NCBI GenBank assembly: GCA_965215265.1
Contig: OZ244048.1
Location: forward strand, 1,920,001-1,984,000
DNA: 64,000 nucleotides
From: Candidatus Poribacteria bacterium
GTDB lineage: Bacteria > Poribacteria > WGA-4E > WGA-3G
Direction: 5' to 3'
This document shows positions 1-13,237 of this stretch, piece after piece. The translations under genes were made by a program, and so were the position numbers. Every line of letters starts with the position of its first letter. The stretch's first letter is position 1. The notes below the pieces were generated by a model. That model was given only the letters and a program-made list of their open reading frames with translations. It was not told where the DNA came from and did no database searches.

Positions 1-1
1 T

Positions 2-841
2 GCCCCTGTTGAACGAAGAAGATTTTTAGACTTGTTGATTTCACAAGTCGATCGGGCGTATTTAACACATTTACAGAAGTATCGGTTTGTGCTCAAACAG
101 CGTAATGAACTGTTAAAGCAGATTCGGGCTGGGAATGCAAATGCAGCACAGTTGTGTGCTTGGGATGAACTTCTGGTTCAATATGGCACAGAGCTTATTT
201 TCAGGCGCTTAGTCGTGCTGAATCAGTTGAAAATGTACGCGCTCCAAAAGCAGGTGGAACTTACTGGCGGGCGCGAAAAGTTAGTCTTAACGTACCGTGC
301 TGCTTGGTGTAATCAGGAATATACTTTGCCAGATGTTCCAACAGCGGATAAACTTGAAGAATCTCACTGCTCACATAAACTCTTAATAGACATTAATCGG
401 ACACCAGAACTCTTGGGACAGATATCTCGTGAATTCAGTAAAGCACTGGGGGCATCCCAGTCCACTGATTTGCGGCGCGGAACCACATCCATTGGACCAC
501 ACCGCGATGATGTGCAGCTTGAATTAGAGATGCACCGGAATGGGTTTATTCTTCGTGAGGTCGCGCGGGCTTACGGTTCGCAAGGGCAACAACGAACTAT
601 TGCCTTGGCACTGAAACTGGCAGAGTTGGAATTCATACGAGAAACAATCGGGCGGCCGCCTATTGTGCTTTTAGATGATGTAATCTCTGAACTTGATTAC
701 AAGCGGACTGCATTTTTATTGGATGTACTGCAAAATTTGAGTACGCAAACTTTTATAACTGCTACACAGCAAGAATCCTTTGTAAACCATCTTGATGAAC
801 CTTGCATCTTAACAGTAGAGAACGGGCACATTGTTATGTAG
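2..841 (+). CDS. recF: DNA replication/repair protein RecF, C-terminal part (5' truncated by window)
   Basis: Open frame from position 2 (APVERRRFLD). RecF motifs GPHRDD, GSQGQQRT and Walker B LLDDVISELD. Lies upstream of gyrB. Confidence 0.95.
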   Translation, partial: APVERRRFLDLLISQVDRAYLTHLQKYRFVLKQRNELLKQIRAGNANAAQLCAWDELLVQYGTELIFRRLVVLNQLKMYALQKQVELTGGREKLVLTYRAAWCNQEYTLPDVPTADKLEESHCSHKLLIDINRTPELLGQISREFSKALGASQSTDLRRGTTSIGPHRDDVQLELEMHRNGFILREVARAYGSQGQQRTIALALKLAELEFIRETIGRPPIVLLDDVISELDYKRTAFLLDVLQNLSTQTFITATQQESFVNHLDEPCILTVENGHIVM

Positions 842-869
842 TTTGCTTGTTGATGAAGAGGAGAAACGG

Positions 870-1463
870 ATGAAAAAGACTGAGAATATTGATAAGGTGG
901 TTGATGCGTTAATACGGAAACGTAACTTTGAGCCGAAGATGCTTGAGCAGAAAGTTTTTGAGCTTTGGCGATTGCGGGTTGGGAATGTGCTTGCTAATCA
1001 TACATACCCCGTCTCTCTTTCCGAGGGGATTCTCACCGTGTATACTGAATATCCTGCCTATAAGACCGAACTCTCTTTTCAAAAAACGAAAATTATAGCA
1101 GACCTGAATGCCCAGTTGAATAAACCTATCCTCACAGACCTCCGCCTGGAACTTCGGCAATCGTCTTTTTCGTCACGAGATAGGCGAAGGCAAAGCACGT
1201 CTACTGAGATTGAAGTCCGAAAAAACGCATCCTCTAATTCTAATAAGGTAGTCCTAAAGTCTGATACGTTAGACCGAATTGAGCAGGTGCTGATAGATAT
1301 AACTGATGAAACTTTAAGAACTGCACTGCGGCAGCTCTTTATCTCACAATCGCAAGCGGAAGTGACACAAAAACAACGGAGTGAGCTTCCAGTTGAGATA
1401 ATTCCTGAAAATAATAGAGGCGATTCCGGAAAAAATATGTCTCACCGGCGCAGTGCCTTATGA
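870..1463 (+). CDS. dciA: DUF721/DciA family protein
   Basis: W..VG..LA.HT.P.SL.EG.L.V pattern in the typical recF-dciA-gyrB position. ATG at 870 follows a GAGGAG RBS. Confidence 0.75.
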   Translation: MKKTENIDKVVDALIRKRNFEPKMLEQKVFELWRLRVGNVLANHTYPVSLSEGILTVYTEYPAYKTELSFQKTKIIADLNAQLNKPILTDLRLELRQSSFSSRDRRRQSTSTEIEVRKNASSNSNKVVLKSDTLDRIEQVLIDITDETLRTALRQLFISQSQAEVTQKQRSELPVEIIPENNRGDSGKNMSHRRSAL

Positions 1464-1533
1464 ACCGTATTCTATGAAGTTTATATAGCAGACAATTTAT
1501 TGTGTATAGTTATTGCTTTTTTTAGATTTTATC

Positions 1534-1563
1534 TTGACAAAGGCATTAAAATTATGTTAAAAT
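1534..1563 (+). promoter_or_regulatory. sigma70-type promoter for gyrB
   Basis: TTGACA-N18-TAAAAT with extended TG, in an AT-rich intergenic region. Confidence 0.6.
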
Positions 1564-1655
1564 TAGTTTAGTAATTTATTAAAGTTATCGATATTTTTAA
1601 TATATCACGATTACCTCAGAAGTCTTACGAGGCTGAATCACAATACATAACATAA

Positions 1656-4106
<2,451 letters not shown>

Positions 4107-4205
4107 ATCTCTACAGTTTAGATACTAAACATCGAACGGCTCAGACGAGATTTTCACACGAGTTATGATTACCTAGACGTTGATGGGGCTGAAATATACA
4201 AAAAT

Positions 4206-6677
4206 ATGTTAGAACACAAAGACGAAAACATTATTGTTCGCAATATTGAAAACGAACTCAAGACTTCATATTTAACATACGCTATGAGTGTTAATACCAA
4301 CCGGGCGATACCGGATGTCCGTGATGGGCTCAAACCGAGCACACGGCGGATCCTCTACGCCATGAAACAGATTAACCTCACCGCGAATCGTCCCTACGAC
4401 AAATGCGCCGCTGTTGTCGGGGAAGTGATGAAGAACTTTCACCCACATGGCGATGGGCCGATTTATGGGACGCTCGTCGGCATGGCGCAAGAATTCAACA
4501 CTCGCTATCCTCTCATAGATGGGCAAGGCAACTTTGGCAGTATTGACGACGACCCGCCGGGCGCAATGCGTTACACCGAATGCCGGCTCGCCAAAATTTC
4601 TGACGAGATGCTGGTCGATATTGAGAAGCAGGTTGTCGATTTTCAACCCAACTATAAAGACTCATTGGAGGAACCGACTGTCCTCCCTGGGCTGTTGCCT
4701 AATCTACTGGTTAACGGGACAACCGGTATTGGTGTCGGCTACCTCACTCGGATTCCGCCGCATAACCTGAGTGAAGTTGTAGATGCGCTCCTCTGCAAAT
4801 TAGAAAATCCAGATGCAGAGGTTGATACGATTCTGGAACATCTCCCGGGGCCTGATTTCCCGACTGCTGGCAGCATTGTTGGTACCCAAGGAATCCAAAA
4901 TCTGTATCGGACAGGGAGAGGCAGCATTACGCTCCGTGCACGCGCAGTTATTGAGCGGACGCGCACCGGGCGCAAAACCGAGAGAGAACAAATAGTCATC
5001 ACCGAAATTCCGTATCAAGTGAAGAAAAACCAACTCTTGGAGCGGATGTACCAGCTCGTTATCAATAAAACCATTACAGGCATTTCTGACATCCGCGATG
5101 AATCTGATACTAATATCCGCATCATCATTGAACTCAAGCGCGGGGAGGTAGCACAAGTTATCCTCAACCAATTGTTCAAGCACACCCAGATGCAAACAAA
5201 TTTCAGTGCAATCTTCTTATGCCTCGTGGATGGACTTCCGAAAGTGTTGACGCTTCCGGAAATTCTGCATGACTATCTTGCCCATCGGCGAAACGTCATC
5301 CGGCGGCGTACTGAATTTGAACTCGTGCGGGCTGAACGCCGTGCACATATTTTGGAAGGGTACCTCCTTGCGTTGCAACACCTTGAAGAGATTATTGAGT
5401 TAGTACAAACGGCTGAATCGCCACAATCCGCCCATCAACAACTCTGTGACAATTACGAGCTCAGTGAGCAACAAGCTAGTGAAATATTAACCATGACACT
5501 TCGTCAACTCACTGGGCTTGAACGGCAACGTCTTCGTGATGAGTACACTGAGTTGCTTGAGATAATCGCTGAACTTCGAGCGCTGCTCGGTAGTGAGGCA
5601 CTCATCACCGATATTATCCGCACCGAATTGGAGGGACTGAAAGAGACTTATGGGGATGAACGGCGGACGCTAATTACAGATGCTGTCAAAGACTTTGATA
5701 TTGAAGATCTCATCCCTGATGAAGAGATGGTTGTCACCCTATCGCATGCTGGGTATCTCAAACGTCTCCCTATTGACACCTACCGGACGCAGCATCGTGG
5801 GGGTGTGGGTGTCAAGGGCGCGGTTACCAAGGACGGTGACTTCTTAGAGCATCTGTTCATCGCCTCTGCCCATCAATACATCCTATTTTTTACGGATATG
5901 GGCAAATGTTATTGGCTTAAAGTGTTTGAGGTTCCCGAAGGGAGTCGCACGGCTGCCGGCAGAGCCGTTGTCAATCTGCTTCGGTTGGCATCCGATGAGA
6001 AGATTACAGCGTTCGTGCTTGTGCGCGAGTTTGACGAAGATCAATTCATCTTTATGACAACCGAAAAAGGCATTGTTAAAAAGACGAACCTCTCCCAATT
6101 TCAGAATCCGCTGGCGAGTGGCATCATCGCTATTAATCTTGACAAAGACGACCGGCTCATTGGAGCACAACTCACGGATGGCACTGTCGATATACTGCTT
6201 GTGACGTATCACGGGATTGCTATCCGTTTTAGTGAAAATGACGTGCGAGCCATGGGCCGTAATACGCGCGGTGTCCGTGGTATTGAGCTGCAAAAACAGG
6301 ATTACGTTGTTCAGATGGTCGTTGCCACTACGGACACAGATGCAGAAGAGGATAGGGAGGCAAGTGCGAACGATACACTCCTCATTGTCACTGAGAATGG
6401 ATACGGGAAACGCACTGAGGTTTCCGCGTACCGTTCCCAAAAGCGCGGCGGTAAAGGTGTACTTGCGATTAAAAAATCTGCGCGCAACGGTGCTACTGTT
6501 GCTGCCAAGCGCGTCACGGATACCGATGAGCTCGTCTTTGTCAGTTCAAGCGGGTACGTAACCCGCATCGCCACGTGCGATATCCGATGCATCGGCAGAA
6601 CAACACAAGGCGTACGCCTCATGACACTCCAACCCGAGGAAACCCTCGTTGATGTTGGCAAAATTGTCGGTGGATGA
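4206..6677 (+). CDS. gyrA: DNA gyrase subunit A
   Basis: DVRDGLKP, HPHGD, catalytic AMRYTE, GyrA-box QHRGGVG and C-terminal pinwheel repeats. Confidence 0.97.
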   Translation: MLEHKDENIIVRNIENELKTSYLTYAMSVNTNRAIPDVRDGLKPSTRRILYAMKQINLTANRPYDKCAAVVGEVMKNFHPHGDGPIYGTLVGMAQEFNTRYPLIDGQGNFGSIDDDPPGAMRYTECRLAKISDEMLVDIEKQVVDFQPNYKDSLEEPTVLPGLLPNLLVNGTTGIGVGYLTRIPPHNLSEVVDALLCKLENPDAEVDTILEHLPGPDFPTAGSIVGTQGIQNLYRTGRGSITLRARAVIERTRTGRKTEREQIVITEIPYQVKKNQLLERMYQLVINKTITGISDIRDESDTNIRIIIELKRGEVAQVILNQLFKHTQMQTNFSAIFLCLVDGLPKVLTLPEILHDYLAHRRNVIRRRTEFELVRAERRAHILEGYLLALQHLEEIIELVQTAESPQSAHQQLCDNYELSEQQASEILTMTLRQLTGLERQRLRDEYTELLEIIAELRALLGSEALITDIIRTELEGLKETYGDERRTLITDAVKDFDIEDLIPDEEMVVTLSHAGYLKRLPIDTYRTQHRGGVGVKGAVTKDGDFLEHLFIASAHQYILFFTDMGKCYWLKVFEVPEGSRTAAGRAVVNLLRLASDEKITAFVLVREFDEDQFIFMTTEKGIVKKTNLSQFQNPLASGIIAINLDKDDRLIGAQLTDGTVDILLVTYHGIAIRFSENDVRAMGRNTRGVRGIELQKQDYVVQMVVATTDTDAEEDREASANDTLLIVTENGYGKRTEVSAYRSQKRGGKGVLAIKKSARNGATVAAKRVTDTDELVFVSSSGYVTRIATCDIRCIGRTTQGVRLMTLQPEETLVDVGKIVGG

Positions 6678-6723
6678 GGTAAAACCTATACCTTTTCCCA
6701 CCGATTCAATCGGAGAAAACATT

Positions 6724-8313
6724 ATGAAACCGTTCCGGATTGCTATCTGTATCATTCTTTTTGCGTGTTATAGTGCCTTCGCGGACAGCACGCCTTCCTT
6801 GGAAAGCCCGCTTGTTGTCTCAGTCAACCCATTCTCACCGGCCGTTGAACGCGATACTACGAACTGGACCCAGTTGATGTGGGCTGTCTATTGTGGCGCG
6901 CATCCCCCAAAAATTCGGCAGAGTCGAGCCGCTTACGATTCTATCATCGTGGCGTTTGATAGCATGCCTGACGGTTCCGGCCGATTGGAAACCGGGGAAA
7001 AAAGCTTCATTTATACACAGCGCGCGATCCTTCGCTTCCATCGGTTGCAGGACATCCGCGGCGCGAAAGCGGATTGTGAACAGGCGATTGAACTCAACCC
7101 AGGAAATGTCCAGGCGACTTGGATGCTTGCCCGCGTTTTCCATCAACTGACGTTGGCCTCTATTCGCACCGGCAAACAGACAGAAACCGGGGCCGCTTTG
7201 TTAGAGCAACTCATAACGACTTTAAAACGGGTTATCGAATTAGACGCAGACCACGCCGAAGCACATGAAATGCTCTTTCGCTTTGCCGAATACCTTGGCC
7301 ATACTGAACTTGCCATGACTTCTCTTAAAGCACTCACTCGTATTCTGACTTTTGACCCGCAATTCCATCTACGGTTGAGTGAATTATATGAGGAGGTAGG
7401 GCAGCTGCCTGAAGCGATTAAGAGTTATGAACGCATTGTCACTATCAATCCCCAAGATGCCAGTCACCGGAACCGTCTGGGGCAACTCTATCTACAAATG
7501 AACGATTTTGAGAACGCCGTTACTGCTTTCAACACCGTTTTTGCATTAGTTGCACCGCAACAAGCGACATTGAAAACGGAAGGCACGCTGCAAATTGAAT
7601 TAGATGCGCTGTTCGGCATCGGCATTGCCTATCAAGGTATTGAAGACTTCACTAAATCGGAAATCCATCTTTTGAAGGCAATTGAGCTCACCGCTGAACA
7701 GGTAAGAAACACGCGGAATCGCTCTGCCCGTGCTGATTTACGGCACCGGATTCGAGAGGTTCAATACGCCTTGGGGCAGGTATACCTTCAGTTTGAAGAG
7801 AAAGATGGTACTCAGAAAGCACTGAACACCTTTGCTTCTATTTTGGAAACCGCGCCGCAGCATGTGGGTGCGAACTACGGTAGCGGCATTGCACATCAGT
7901 TGTTAGGCAATGCTGCAGAGGCTGAGACATATCTGCAGAAGGCGATTTCGCTGTCTGCCAAACCGATTCCGGATGCCTATAATGCGTTAGGCTACCTCTA
8001 TGCACAACAAGGCATCAAATTAGATGAAGCTGCTTCTCTCGTTGAACAGGCGCTCCGTGCTGCGCCTACATCAGGAGCGTACCTTGATAGTTTGGGAGTC
8101 ATCTATTTCAAACAGGGGCACCTTGATGCCGCCATCGAAACCTTAGAAAAAGCTGACCGGTATTTACCCAATACGCCCGACATCCTTTTGCACCTTGGCG
8201 AGGCTTATCTAAAAAAAGGGTGGGCACCGAAGGCACGTCAAGTTTTTGAACGCGCACTTGAGATTGCACCGGAGAATACCGAACTCCAAAATAAACTTGA
8301 TGCAATTGAGTAA
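6724..8313 (+). CDS. Secreted tetratricopeptide-repeat protein
   Basis: Signal peptide and many TPR units (AYNALGYLYA, YLDSLGVIYF, LLHLGEAYL). Confidence 0.85.
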   Translation: MKPFRIAICIILFACYSAFADSTPSLESPLVVSVNPFSPAVERDTTNWTQLMWAVYCGAHPPKIRQSRAAYDSIIVAFDSMPDGSGRLETGEKSFIYTQRAILRFHRLQDIRGAKADCEQAIELNPGNVQATWMLARVFHQLTLASIRTGKQTETGAALLEQLITTLKRVIELDADHAEAHEMLFRFAEYLGHTELAMTSLKALTRILTFDPQFHLRLSELYEEVGQLPEAIKSYERIVTINPQDASHRNRLGQLYLQMNDFENAVTAFNTVFALVAPQQATLKTEGTLQIELDALFGIGIAYQGIEDFTKSEIHLLKAIELTAEQVRNTRNRSARADLRHRIREVQYALGQVYLQFEEKDGTQKALNTFASILETAPQHVGANYGSGIAHQLLGNAAEAETYLQKAISLSAKPIPDAYNALGYLYAQQGIKLDEAASLVEQALRAAPTSGAYLDSLGVIYFKQGHLDAAIETLEKADRYLPNTPDILLHLGEAYLKKGWAPKARQVFERALEIAPENTELQNKLDAIE

Positions 8314-8361
8314 TTCTTGTGTGTAGCAATTTCCGTATGTGTTCAATTTATTAGGGCAAAT

Positions 8362-10092
8362 ATGCGACAAAGAGTGATACTGCTTGTTATCTTTACGATG
8401 ATTCTCATCCCGCACCTTGGCATTGCTTTCCGCTGCGGCACGCCGGATTTGACACCTATGGTGAATCTGCAGATGGACGAGGAGATGTTACATGCAGCGA
8501 CCGCGCCAGCACTGCTGCTTCCTATTGGTACTGAACGTACCTTCTTCGCGCCCGATTTTCGCAGCATGCAACCGTACACCGTGATGTCTGTCTTACGGGC
8601 TGTAGGCAAATACTGTTATGTTTTTGTAGAAGAATCTGAGTGGGAGACGCGTGTCACGCCGAGCATCGTCACGGACATTGTTAGAGTTTTTGACGATGCT
8701 ACCGCTACACAACCCCGCGGCATCTATCCCATTTTGACAGACGTGTTCGGCGCACCGCCCGATATTGATGCCAATGGCCGTATTATCTTACTTCTCCTTA
8801 ATATCCGCGATGCATCCGAAAACGGTAGCACGTACACCGCAGGTTTTTTCAACCCGGCTGACCAGCAGCGCGGTGTCCTCCGTCACCCCGGTGCCCGCGG
8901 ACTTGCTATCCGTAGTAACGTTGCTGACATGCTCTATATTGATACGAATCCGCTCCCAATCAATACACCACATGTGCACAACGTCATTGCTCATGAACTT
9001 CAACATCTTATTCATTGGCGACATGACCGTCGAGAAGCTATTTGGGTGGATGAGGGTTGTGCAGACTATGCTTCTTTTCTCTGTGGCTATTTCTCACACG
9101 AACACATCGCTGCCTTTGAGAAAACGCCTAATATTTCCCTCACCAGCTGGCCAACAAACACAAACACTTCCCTTGCCCACTATGGTGCTGCTTTCTTATG
9201 GATGCTTTACCTCCATGAACACTACGGTGGCACAGAGACCGTCGCTTCAATCGTGCATCATCCGGGTACTTCTGTTGATGGTATTGCTGATGTTCTTCGT
9301 GCACGCGGATTCCTGAATGGAACGCAAACACGTCTGCCGTGGCGTGGTACTTGGAAAGTTCAACTTGGCGAAAACAAAATCACTACACTCGCCGATATCT
9401 TCGTAGATTGGAAACTCGCTAACTTTCTTTCTGGCTACACCGTTATAGGCCCCCTAACCCTCAGCCTTACACAAATGCATAGGGACTATCCTTATCAAGG
9501 TAAAGGGGCCGCGCTGCCATCCGCCGCCGACTTCCTTCAATTTGAGTTTCCGAACCCAGGTGAAACGCTCACTCTCCGCTTTGCCGGCAGGTCCTCGGCT
9601 GCTAACCAATGGGCAGTTCATCTTATTGAATATCATCCCGGTGCTGATATTCACATTAGAGAAATGCCTTTGGCAAATACACAGTCGGGTACTTTGAGCG
9701 TGAGCCCTGCTGCTACCTATGCCATCCTTATCCCGAGTTTGCAGGGTTCGGACAGCACTGAAAAAAGTATCCCGTATGAATACAGTGCTACCCGTGGCGG
9801 CAATATCACCTTTACTACGGCTGTGCTGCCCAACCCTGTACATCCACATTATTGGGACATTGTCGCGCAACCTAGTGAGCGGTTTATCGGGCTAATTCCA
9901 ACTATCACGCTCTACTATCTCCATCGGCAAACCGGCGTTGAGCAGATTCCTATGCGGCTCATACCTCACCGCACCCAATATCGATATACGGTTCGGTTGG
10001 AACCAACACAAGCCCCTACTGATGTCACGTGGCAGCTATTTCTGGATGCGCGGCTTGTTGAAGAGGGGACTTTAAGTGATATTCCGAAGTAA
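8362..10092 (+). CDS. Secreted zinc metallopeptidase (gluzincin, M30/hyicolysin-like)
   Basis: Signal peptide, HELQH zinc motif and downstream WVDEG third ligand. Confidence 0.75.
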   Translation: MRQRVILLVIFTMILIPHLGIAFRCGTPDLTPMVNLQMDEEMLHAATAPALLLPIGTERTFFAPDFRSMQPYTVMSVLRAVGKYCYVFVEESEWETRVTPSIVTDIVRVFDDATATQPRGIYPILTDVFGAPPDIDANGRIILLLLNIRDASENGSTYTAGFFNPADQQRGVLRHPGARGLAIRSNVADMLYIDTNPLPINTPHVHNVIAHELQHLIHWRHDRREAIWVDEGCADYASFLCGYFSHEHIAAFEKTPNISLTSWPTNTNTSLAHYGAAFLWMLYLHEHYGGTETVASIVHHPGTSVDGIADVLRARGFLNGTQTRLPWRGTWKVQLGENKITTLADIFVDWKLANFLSGYTVIGPLTLSLTQMHRDYPYQGKGAALPSAADFLQFEFPNPGETLTLRFAGRSSAANQWAVHLIEYHPGADIHIREMPLANTQSGTLSVSPAATYAILIPSLQGSDSTEKSIPYEYSATRGGNITFTTAVLPNPVHPHYWDIVAQPSERFIGLIPTITLYYLHRQTGVEQIPMRLIPHRTQYRYTVRLEPTQAPTDVTWQLFLDARLVEEGTLSDIPK

Positions 10093-10178
10093 CCGGCACG
10101 GGTGCATCTGCACTTGTGATGTTTCAAGCGATGGATGCTTTATCACTTCCGCACAGAAAAATTAGCCGCGAATTAAAA

Positions 10179-10207
10179 TTGACTTTCTTAACGATTTTTT
10201 ATAGAAT
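10179..10207 (+). promoter_or_regulatory. sigma70-type promoter
   Basis: TTGACT-N17-TAGAAT. Confidence 0.6.
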
Positions 10208-10272
10208 AGAGATGAGTAACCGTGAGTAGGGCTTGGTGAAGTTAAGAATTTAATCAGGAGGATAGATTAGCT

Positions 10273-11238
10273 ATGCAACCGATACTCTATGCAGGAACCA
10301 TCGGACAAAGTGTTTGGCGTAGCACAGACAGTGGTGATACATGGCAACGGGCGAGTAACGGCATTTTTCCAGAGGCTGATGTTCGTGCTATCGTTGTGAA
10401 TCCGAACGAGCCGCAGATCGTGTACGCTGGGACAGAAAATGGCGTTTTCCGGACAGAGAATTCCGGGGACGAATGGTACCATATCCCTAGTCCTATGGAT
10501 GGACGAGAAGTGTGGGCACTCGCCGTTGACGCTTCGGCACCGGAGACGCTCTACGCAGGTACATGCCCCTCCGCCCTTTTCAAATCCACGGATGCCGGCA
10601 CGACTTGGAATCAACTTGATGTTGAATTGGCTCAAGAATGTGAAGGGGTGCCAATCATTCCTCGTGTGACTACCTTTGTGATTGACGCAGAGGATAGTCA
10701 AACCCTCTATGCCGGTATTGAAATTGATGGTATGCGGCTCAGTACAGACGGTGGAGAGACGTGGACAGAACGGAGTCAAGGGCTCAGCAGTTTGGATATC
10801 CATGGCCTCTGTGTTGTTCCCGGCGTGCCCAAAACCATTATTGCGGCCACTAACAACGATGTCTGCATGACAACCGATATGGGGCTACAGTGGACACCGC
10901 TCAACGTGCGGGAGCATTATCCGTGGCCATACTGCCGCGCTGCGTTTTATCTGAATTCGGATGCGGGCCGGGTCTTTATCGGGGCTGGCAATGGCCCACC
11001 GGGCGACCAAGGTGGCATTTTTTCCACTCATGACAATGGAAAAACTTGGAAACAGGCCGATATTGGCGGAATTGCCAACAGTACCATCTGGTCCTTTGCA
11101 CACAACGCTAACGTGAAGGATTTCCTAATTGCTTGTAGTGTGAGTGGGCAGCTCTACCGCAGCACGGATGCCGGCGATTCTTGGACGAAACTCGTGCATG
11201 AATTCGGCGAAGTTCGAGCCTTGGCAGTAGGCGGCTAA
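10273..11238 (+). CDS. BNR/Asp-box beta-propeller protein (WD40/YVTN/VPS10-like)
   Basis: Repeated SxDxGxTW Asp-boxes. No signal peptide. Confidence 0.85.
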   Translation: MQPILYAGTIGQSVWRSTDSGDTWQRASNGIFPEADVRAIVVNPNEPQIVYAGTENGVFRTENSGDEWYHIPSPMDGREVWALAVDASAPETLYAGTCPSALFKSTDAGTTWNQLDVELAQECEGVPIIPRVTTFVIDAEDSQTLYAGIEIDGMRLSTDGGETWTERSQGLSSLDIHGLCVVPGVPKTIIAATNNDVCMTTDMGLQWTPLNVREHYPWPYCRAAFYLNSDAGRVFIGAGNGPPGDQGGIFSTHDNGKTWKQADIGGIANSTIWSFAHNANVKDFLIACSVSGQLYRSTDAGDSWTKLVHEFGEVRALAVGG

Positions 11239-11344
11239 GTTTTTTATTTCCGTTAACTTAATTTTTTTTGTTTGATTTCTGATACGCTTTAGTCATTAAA
11301 GCATTTTGATAACCAAAACCTTTTATAGGAGGCACATTTTTGTC

Positions 11345-12112
11345 ATGCGTTTTTTTACGTTTTCTTTAATCCTGTTTTTCATCATCGCAATGGCTGGTTG
11401 TGGCGGAGGTGAAGTCAACATCACTGAACCACCACCACTCAGTGAGGCGAAGCGCATCGTCATCACGCCATTCTTCTCTGATTCCGAGGCGGAGGAAGTC
11501 AACCAACTTGGCAGCCGAATCAGCGTTAATTTGGCGACGCGCTTAGAGCTTATCTTTAAAGAAGCAGAATGGGTATATGATATTTCAAGCAAGGTTCAAC
11601 CCGTTGCTGATAAACTCGCTGAATTGGGGCTTACCGTCAGCCAACTCTACACAGATCCGGCCTTAGCAGCGAAACTCAGCGAAGCGCTCAATGCAGATAT
11701 GCTGATTATTGGTAGAGTTGAGGAACCTAAACTGAGCCGTAACGACTATAACCAATTGCTTATGAAGCAAGGACGGCAAGGCGGTATTTCCGGGACATCA
11801 ACGTATATCCGTACACGTTTGACCGCGCTCGGAAATGTGCGTGTCAGAGTTGTGGATGCAACCGGGACGCTAATCTTTAATAACAGAATCCGATCTTATC
11901 TTAAGTACTGGTACGCCTACCAGACTCAGCAAAGTGAACAGCAAATCTTTAAGACGGAGGTTGATCGACTCGCCGATCTTGGGAAATATCTTCCCCTGCG
12001 AATTGCTTATATTCTGCACCCTACCGGATTCAAGTCAGAATCTGAAGAACAGATTTTGCTGAAACCGGATCTTGTGCTTAAAGGTACCGGTGGAATTGTT
12101 GAATTTAATTAA
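11345..12112 (+). CDS. Hypothetical lipoprotein (possibly CsgG/TolB_N-like fold)
   Basis: AGGAGG RBS, lipobox MAGC, and RIVITPF...LNADMLIIGRV pattern. Confidence 0.65.
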   Translation: MRFFTFSLILFFIIAMAGCGGGEVNITEPPPLSEAKRIVITPFFSDSEAEEVNQLGSRISVNLATRLELIFKEAEWVYDISSKVQPVADKLAELGLTVSQLYTDPALAAKLSEALNADMLIIGRVEEPKLSRNDYNQLLMKQGRQGGISGTSTYIRTRLTALGNVRVRVVDATGTLIFNNRIRSYLKYWYAYQTQQSEQQIFKTEVDRLADLGKYLPLRIAYILHPTGFKSESEEQILLKPDLVLKGTGGIVEFN

Positions 12113-12229
12113 GACAGACCCAAAACGAATCTGCTTGGTGGCTCAGCATTGAAAACAAGGAAATTCCGGTTCAGTGGTTTTGATGTACCTGCCATCTCAG
12201 CAAACGGTGGTATTTCGGAACAGAATTCG

Positions 12230-12718
12230 TTAATTCTGTTCCAGTACCCCGGGATTCATGTTCTTCTCACTTCTCTTTTCAAAAAAACGTTCAATCTGCT
12301 GTATATAACTTTTCCCTTGCTCCAACAGCATCTGAGAGACCTTATACATTTCAGATGGGGGGAGTTCCTCATAAGGGTTCGCGATTGTTCTATAATGGCC
12401 GAGCGCGCTTTGAAAGAAAGATACAGTAGATTTGTCAATAGCCCCATGCTGTTGCATAATCCGAAAACCGTAATGCTTGTGTCGTGAGTACTTTGGATGC
12501 TGATTAAAACAAAAAGCGATAATCGCCGTGTTGATGTCTGCGATGCGCTGTATAATCATGAGAAAGCAGCTTTTGACGTAAGCATGGGTTAACCGGTCAG
12601 CAGTCATGTATTCTGACTCAGTATCTGGTAGTCCCTGGTGAAGTTGTTGTAAGCATTCATGCACGGCTGCAATTTTGCCACTCACAGGATTGTTTGCGGC
12701 GTGTCTGTTTTTTGGCAT
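12230..12718 (-). CDS. HEPN/DUF86 (HepT-like) domain protein with degenerate RNase motif
   Basis: Helical pattern fits DUF86 (IQRIADIN...F..M...GAID...GHYRTIANPYEE.....MY). GGAG RBS. Confidence 0.6.
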   Translation of the reverse strand: MPKNRHAANNPVSGKIAAVHECLQQLHQGLPDTESEYMTADRLTHAYVKSCFLMIIQRIADINTAIIAFCFNQHPKYSRHKHYGFRIMQQHGAIDKSTVSFFQSALGHYRTIANPYEELPPSEMYKVSQMLLEQGKSYIQQIERFFEKRSEKNMNPGVLEQN

Positions 12719-13237
12719 AGTATACTCCTTATCGATTCATAGTTAGTAGATTTTAAAATTACTGATACGTGTGCAATCCACCTCTTGCCCCGTCTGCTTC
12801 TATCTGGCGGCACAAGGTAAGAAATCCATTGATGGATTAAAGACTTCTAGGACTCAATCATCTATAAATAAAGGACTGAAAAAAAAGAGGCGTTTTTCTT
12901 TTTAGACTTAAAAAAAAATCAAAAGTTTAACACTGTTGATTTTCACGGAGAAACCAGTTTTTGCATGATAGGAAACCAGTGGCCATTTACTCTCACGAAA
13001 CCCCTCCGTGAATTGTCCTTGATTTATGAACTCATTTTTTATTGTTAAACAGCAGCAAGTCACCGATGCGCCTCCCTACATCTGGATTTTTAACAATTCT
13101 GCGATGTAGCAGGTAACTCTCGCTCACAAGTAAAGTGCATAGGGCTTCTTTTGAGGTTTTGGCGAAATCAACGCTAAGGGCGATTTCCATGGATTTGCAA
13201 GTGGCAACTTAGGTTATTATAGAACAGTAGGAGAAAG

